From assembly GCA_963745035.1 (NCBI GenBank), contig CAVUVW010000016.1, positions 1 through 64,000 on the forward strand: 64,000 nt of DNA, given 5' to 3'. The position numbers and the translations under genes were made by a program. Below are positions 60,774 to 64,000 of the stretch, one piece after another. Position 1 is the stretch's first letter. Every line of letters starts with the position of its first letter. Under the pieces are notes generated by a model. It did no database searches. It was not told the DNA's origin and saw only the letters and a program-made list of their open reading frames with translations. This DNA comes from an uncultured delta proteobacterium. GTDB taxonomy: Bacteria > Desulfobacterota > Binatia > UBA9968.

Positions 60774-62075
60774 ATGGAAAATAACGTGTCCGTAAGGGAA
60801 ATCGACAGCGCGCCGAGCCGCGCCTTGCAGCGCTACTATCCATGGGTGGTTATCGGCATCGCGTTTCTGACCGTCGGCGTGGCGTTCGGCGCGCGCAACG
60901 CGTTCGCGGTTTTTCTGGTGGCGGTCGTCGAAGAGTTTCGCTGGAGCCGCGGCGCCGCATCGGGCGCGCTCATGCTCGGCTCGGTTTTGTGGACGCTCTC
61001 CGCTCCGGTGATCGGGACTCTGCTCGATCGCGTCGGGCCGCGCATCGTGCTGCCGGGCGGCGCGACTTATCATGGCGGCCGGCTTTGTCGGTCAGCGGCT
61101 TTGCCCATTCGATCATCGAATTTTACGCCGGCATGGGCGTGTTGATGGGCATCGGCTTTGCCGCGCTGCCGATGACCTCGCAGGCCACATTCTTATCGAA
61201 CTGGTTCATTCGCAAGCGCGGCATGGCGATCGGCGCCGCCGCGTCGGGCATCGGCCTCGGGATTCTCCTCGTCGTGCCTTGGACCCAGTGGCTGATCGCG
61301 GTCTACGGCTGGCGCGCCGCGTACTTCGCTCTCGCCGCGTTGCTGGCGCTCATCATCGCGCCGCTGAATTATTTTTTTCAGCGCCAGCGGCCCGAAGAGA
61401 TGAATCTCAAGCCCGACTTCGGCGCGCCGGCGCCGGAGAAATCCGCCACTCGCGCGCGCGCCGCGAATACCAGCGGGCCGAGTTTAGAAGAAGCGCTGCG
61501 CACGTGGAGATTCTGGGCGTTTGCCTTGGGCGTGTTTGCCGGCGCGATCCCGCTGCACATGGTTTTGATTCATCAAGTCGCGGCGGTGAGCGATGCGGGA
61601 TTCTCGAAGGAGCTGGCGGCGTTCGGCCTCGGCATGATCGGGCTGTTCACCGCGCCGGCCATGATCGGCATGGGCCTCCTCGCCGATCGAATCGGACGGC
61701 AGCGCTCCTATGCGCTCGGCTCGGCGTCGCTGATGATCGGGATTTTTCTCTTGATGATGATCGACGGCGCCGGCCGGAGTTGGATTGCTCTACTTGTTTC
61801 CGCCGTTTATCGCCGTCGGCTTTTCCTCGCGCCAGTCGCTCTATCCGACCATCGCCGCCGATCTGTTTCACGGCAGGTCCTTCGGCGCGATCATCGGCGC
61901 GATTTCGCTGTTTATCGGCGCCGGCGCCGGCATCGGCCCGTGGCTCGGCGGCGCGATCCACGACTGGACCGGCAGCTACCGCGCGGCCTTCTGGGTCGCG
62001 CAGGCGACCGCGCTGGCGTCGGTAGTTTTCATCTGGCTTGCCGGCTCGCGCGACAAACGGGCTGCCGTTTCCTGA
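60774..62075 (+). CDS. MFS transporter (frameshifts near 61066, 61090, 61787)
   Basis: GTLLDRVGPR, WFIRKRGMAIG, GLLADRIGR, IHDWTGSY spread over several frames. Confidence 0.82.
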
Positions 62076-62144
62076 GCTCGCGAAAGCCAAGAAAAAAATC
62101 ATGGGCTCTTTTCACATTTACCCCCGCACGGGGTTTTAATTATC

Positions 62145-62660
62145 ATGGCGCGTGAAAAGCTCCGATTGCCGCTGTCCTTCGACGAGATTCTGCGGCGCTA
62201 CGAACGCGAGATCCTGCGCTATCTGGTGCGGCTATCGGGCGATCGAGAGGACGGTGCCGACTTGTTTCAGGAAACCTGGCTGCGCGCCTACCGTGCCTAT
62301 CCGCGGCTCAAGGCCGACAGCGACGCGCGCGCGTGGCTGTACGCCATCGCGGTCAATCTCTACCGCAATCGCGCCCGCGACGGCGCCCGCCGCGCGCGCG
62401 TGATCGTGGCCGAAGATCGAGAAAACCCGGCGGCGGAAGGCATAGGCGCGCGGCGCGCGCTCAACGGCAACGACGGCTATGCGGCCGTGCATCTGCGTGA
62501 GCTTCTGGCCGCGCTTCCGGCGCGGCAGCGCGAGGCGATGCAACTGCGCTACTTCGCGGGACTGGATTATGCGGAGATCGCAGCGGCCATGGGCGGCTCT
62601 CAGGAAAGCGCGCGGGCCAACGTTTCCCAGGCGACGAGAAAACTAAAATCGATGTGGTGA
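62145..62660 (+). CDS. ECF-type RNA polymerase sigma factor
   Basis: DLFQETWLRA, AWLYAIAVN, LPARQREAMQLRYFAGLDYAEIA. Confidence 0.92.
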   Translation: MAREKLRLPLSFDEILRRYEREILRYLVRLSGDREDGADLFQETWLRAYRAYPRLKADSDARAWLYAIAVNLYRNRARDGARRARVIVAEDRENPAAEGIGARRALNGNDGYAAVHLRELLAALPARQREAMQLRYFAGLDYAEIAAAMGGSQESARANVSQATRKLKSMW

Positions 62661-63460
62661 TGCTTATGGAATTCGAAAAATTGATCGGCTCCGCCGGCGC
62701 ATTCAAAGACGAAAGTTTGGACGATCTGCTGCGGCGCGCGCGCCGCGGCTTCGACGGCGCGCTCAAGCGCGTGCGGCGACCCGAAGCGGCGGTCGGCGTG
62801 GCGCCGTCGCCGCTGGGCGATTTGCTCGTAGCCATGACCGGCGGCGGCATCGTGATGATTCATTATCTCGCCGGCGACGTCGCCTCAACGATCGAGAAAC
62901 TTCGTCCCCGCTTGGATCTTGTGGAGGATCCGCGGGCCATCGAGGGCGTGGGCGAGGAGATTCGCCGCTATTTGTCCGGAGAGGCGCAAGCGCTGCGCCG
63001 CAGCGTCGATCTGCGCCTCGCCGCCAGTCCCTTTCAGCAGAAAGTCTTGCGCAAGCTTCAGGAGGTTCCGCGCGGCGCGGTGCTCAGCTATCAAGCTTTG
63101 GGCGCGGCGGCGGCTGCGCCCAAAGGCGCGCGGGCGGTGGGCAACGCGATGCACAACAATCCCGTGCCGATCTATGTGCCTTGCCATCGGGTGATTGCGT
63201 CAGGCGGCGCGCTCGGCGGCTACGGCGGCGGAGCGCGGCGCAAAGTGCAACTGCTGCGCAGCGAAGGCTTCGATCTCGGCGACGGCGCCGTGAGGCTTCC
63301 CGGGAGCGCGGTGTGGGGGCACAAGGGAACAAAAATTTATTGCCGCAACGACTGCCGGACCGCAGCGCGCGTGGACCAGAGCCGGATTTTGTTTTTCGCC
63401 GATCCCAAAGATGCGAAACATGCCGGCTTGCGGCCGTGCAAGATCTGCCGGCCGGAATAG
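62660..63460 (+). CDS. ogt: Methylated-DNA-[protein]-cysteine S-methyltransferase with C-terminal Ada Zn-binding domain
   Basis: ARAVGNA..NNP..YVPCHRV, GGYGGG; C-terminal IYCRNDC...GLRPCKICRP; TGATG overlap with the sigma gene. Confidence 0.9.
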   Translation: MLMEFEKLIGSAGAFKDESLDDLLRRARRGFDGALKRVRRPEAAVGVAPSPLGDLLVAMTGGGIVMIHYLAGDVASTIEKLRPRLDLVEDPRAIEGVGEEIRRYLSGEAQALRRSVDLRLAASPFQQKVLRKLQEVPRGAVLSYQALGAAAAAPKGARAVGNAMHNNPVPIYVPCHRVIASGGALGGYGGGARRKVQLLRSEGFDLGDGAVRLPGSAVWGHKGTKIYCRNDCRTAARVDQSRILFFADPKDAKHAGLRPCKICRPE

Positions 63461-63469
63461 CGGGCGAGC

Positions 63470-64000
63470 ATGAGATCACCGGCATCAAAAATGCGCGAGA
63501 CTTGCGGCAGGGGCGGCGTCGAGATTGATCTGCCGTTCAAGCCACCGTACGACTGGCCGGCCATCCTGCGATTCTATCAGTCGCATTCGATCCCCGGCGT
63601 CGAACGGGTTACGGATGAGTCTTTCGCCCGCGTGTTTCGGCTCGACGGCATGCTCGGATTTTTTGAGGTTCGCGCGGTCGCCGGCAAGCCCAGGTTGCGA
63701 CTTCGGATCGTGGGCGACGATCGCGCGATCGCTGCCGAAGTTGTGCGCCGGGTAGGAAGGATGTTCGATCTCGACTGCGACCCGATGCTCATTGCAAAGA
63801 GTTTTTGCGCCAGTCCGCTGCTCGCCGGCTTGTGCCGGCGCTTTCCCGGTTTGAGGCTGGCGCGCGGCTGGGACCCGTTTGAGACCGCGGTATGTTCGAT
63901 CCTGGGGCAGCTTGTCTCGGCTCGGCAAAGAACGAATTTGATCGGCCAGTTGGTAAGCAGCTACGGCGACGAAGTCGTCGATCCGGCGTCTGGGGAAAGT
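63470..64000 (+). CDS. alkA: AlkA-family DNA-3-methyladenine glycosylase, N-terminal part (runs off the right edge)
   Basis: LPFKPPYDWPAILRFYQSHSIPGVE...FDLDCDP...PGLRLARGWDPFETAVCSILGQLVS; start at 63470 or 63491. Confidence 0.85.
   Translation, partial: MRSPASKMRETCGRGGVEIDLPFKPPYDWPAILRFYQSHSIPGVERVTDESFARVFRLDGMLGFFEVRAVAGKPRLRLRIVGDDRAIAAEVVRRVGRMFDLDCDPMLIAKSFCASPLLAGLCRRFPGLRLARGWDPFETAVCSILGQLVSARQRTNLIGQLVSSYGDEVVDPASGES

Noticed and set aside
2212-62075. About 17 frameshifts (near 2240, 15118, 20503, 24760, 25312, 30733, 31285, 33022, 36685, 37958, 38668, 39368, 46604, 56925, 61066, 61090, 61787) as pseudogenes or programmed frameshifting
   Set aside because: They are small indels scattered over unrelated genes whose halves are otherwise intact, with no shared slippery motif. 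Long-read consensus error is the simplest explanation; polishing or read pileups would settle it.

Overview
High-GC bacterial chromosomal window dominated by solute uptake and aromatic/heterocyclic catabolism. It holds many periplasmic binding proteins, three LLM-class flavin oxidoreductases, Rieske oxygenases, cupins, an amidohydrolase, a xanthine-dehydrogenase-family MSL trio and a TctABC set. This gene mix resembles Candidatus Binatia-type genomes (inference only). About 17 small frameshifts in otherwise intact genes suggest long-read assembly errors, so I rejoined those genes. Main points: (1) an ~18 kb co-oriented cluster where seven paralogous FbpA/PotD-like binding proteins share one permease and one ATPase, interleaved with catabolic enzymes; (2) a DnaA-box cluster with no replication gene nearby, directly upstream of an ExeA-like ATPase / output-less HAMP protein / SBP-LysM fusion / small helical protein operon; (3) an ECF sigma coupled to an Ogt carrying a C-terminal Ada Zn domain, followed by alkA; (4) a membrane protein with a TIR-like C-terminus at the left edge; (5) many REP/MITE-like and 7-/9-mer intergenic repeats, some overlapping gene ends. 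I saw no rRNA, tRNA, CRISPR array, integrase or transposase. All family calls come from motif recognition, not database searches.
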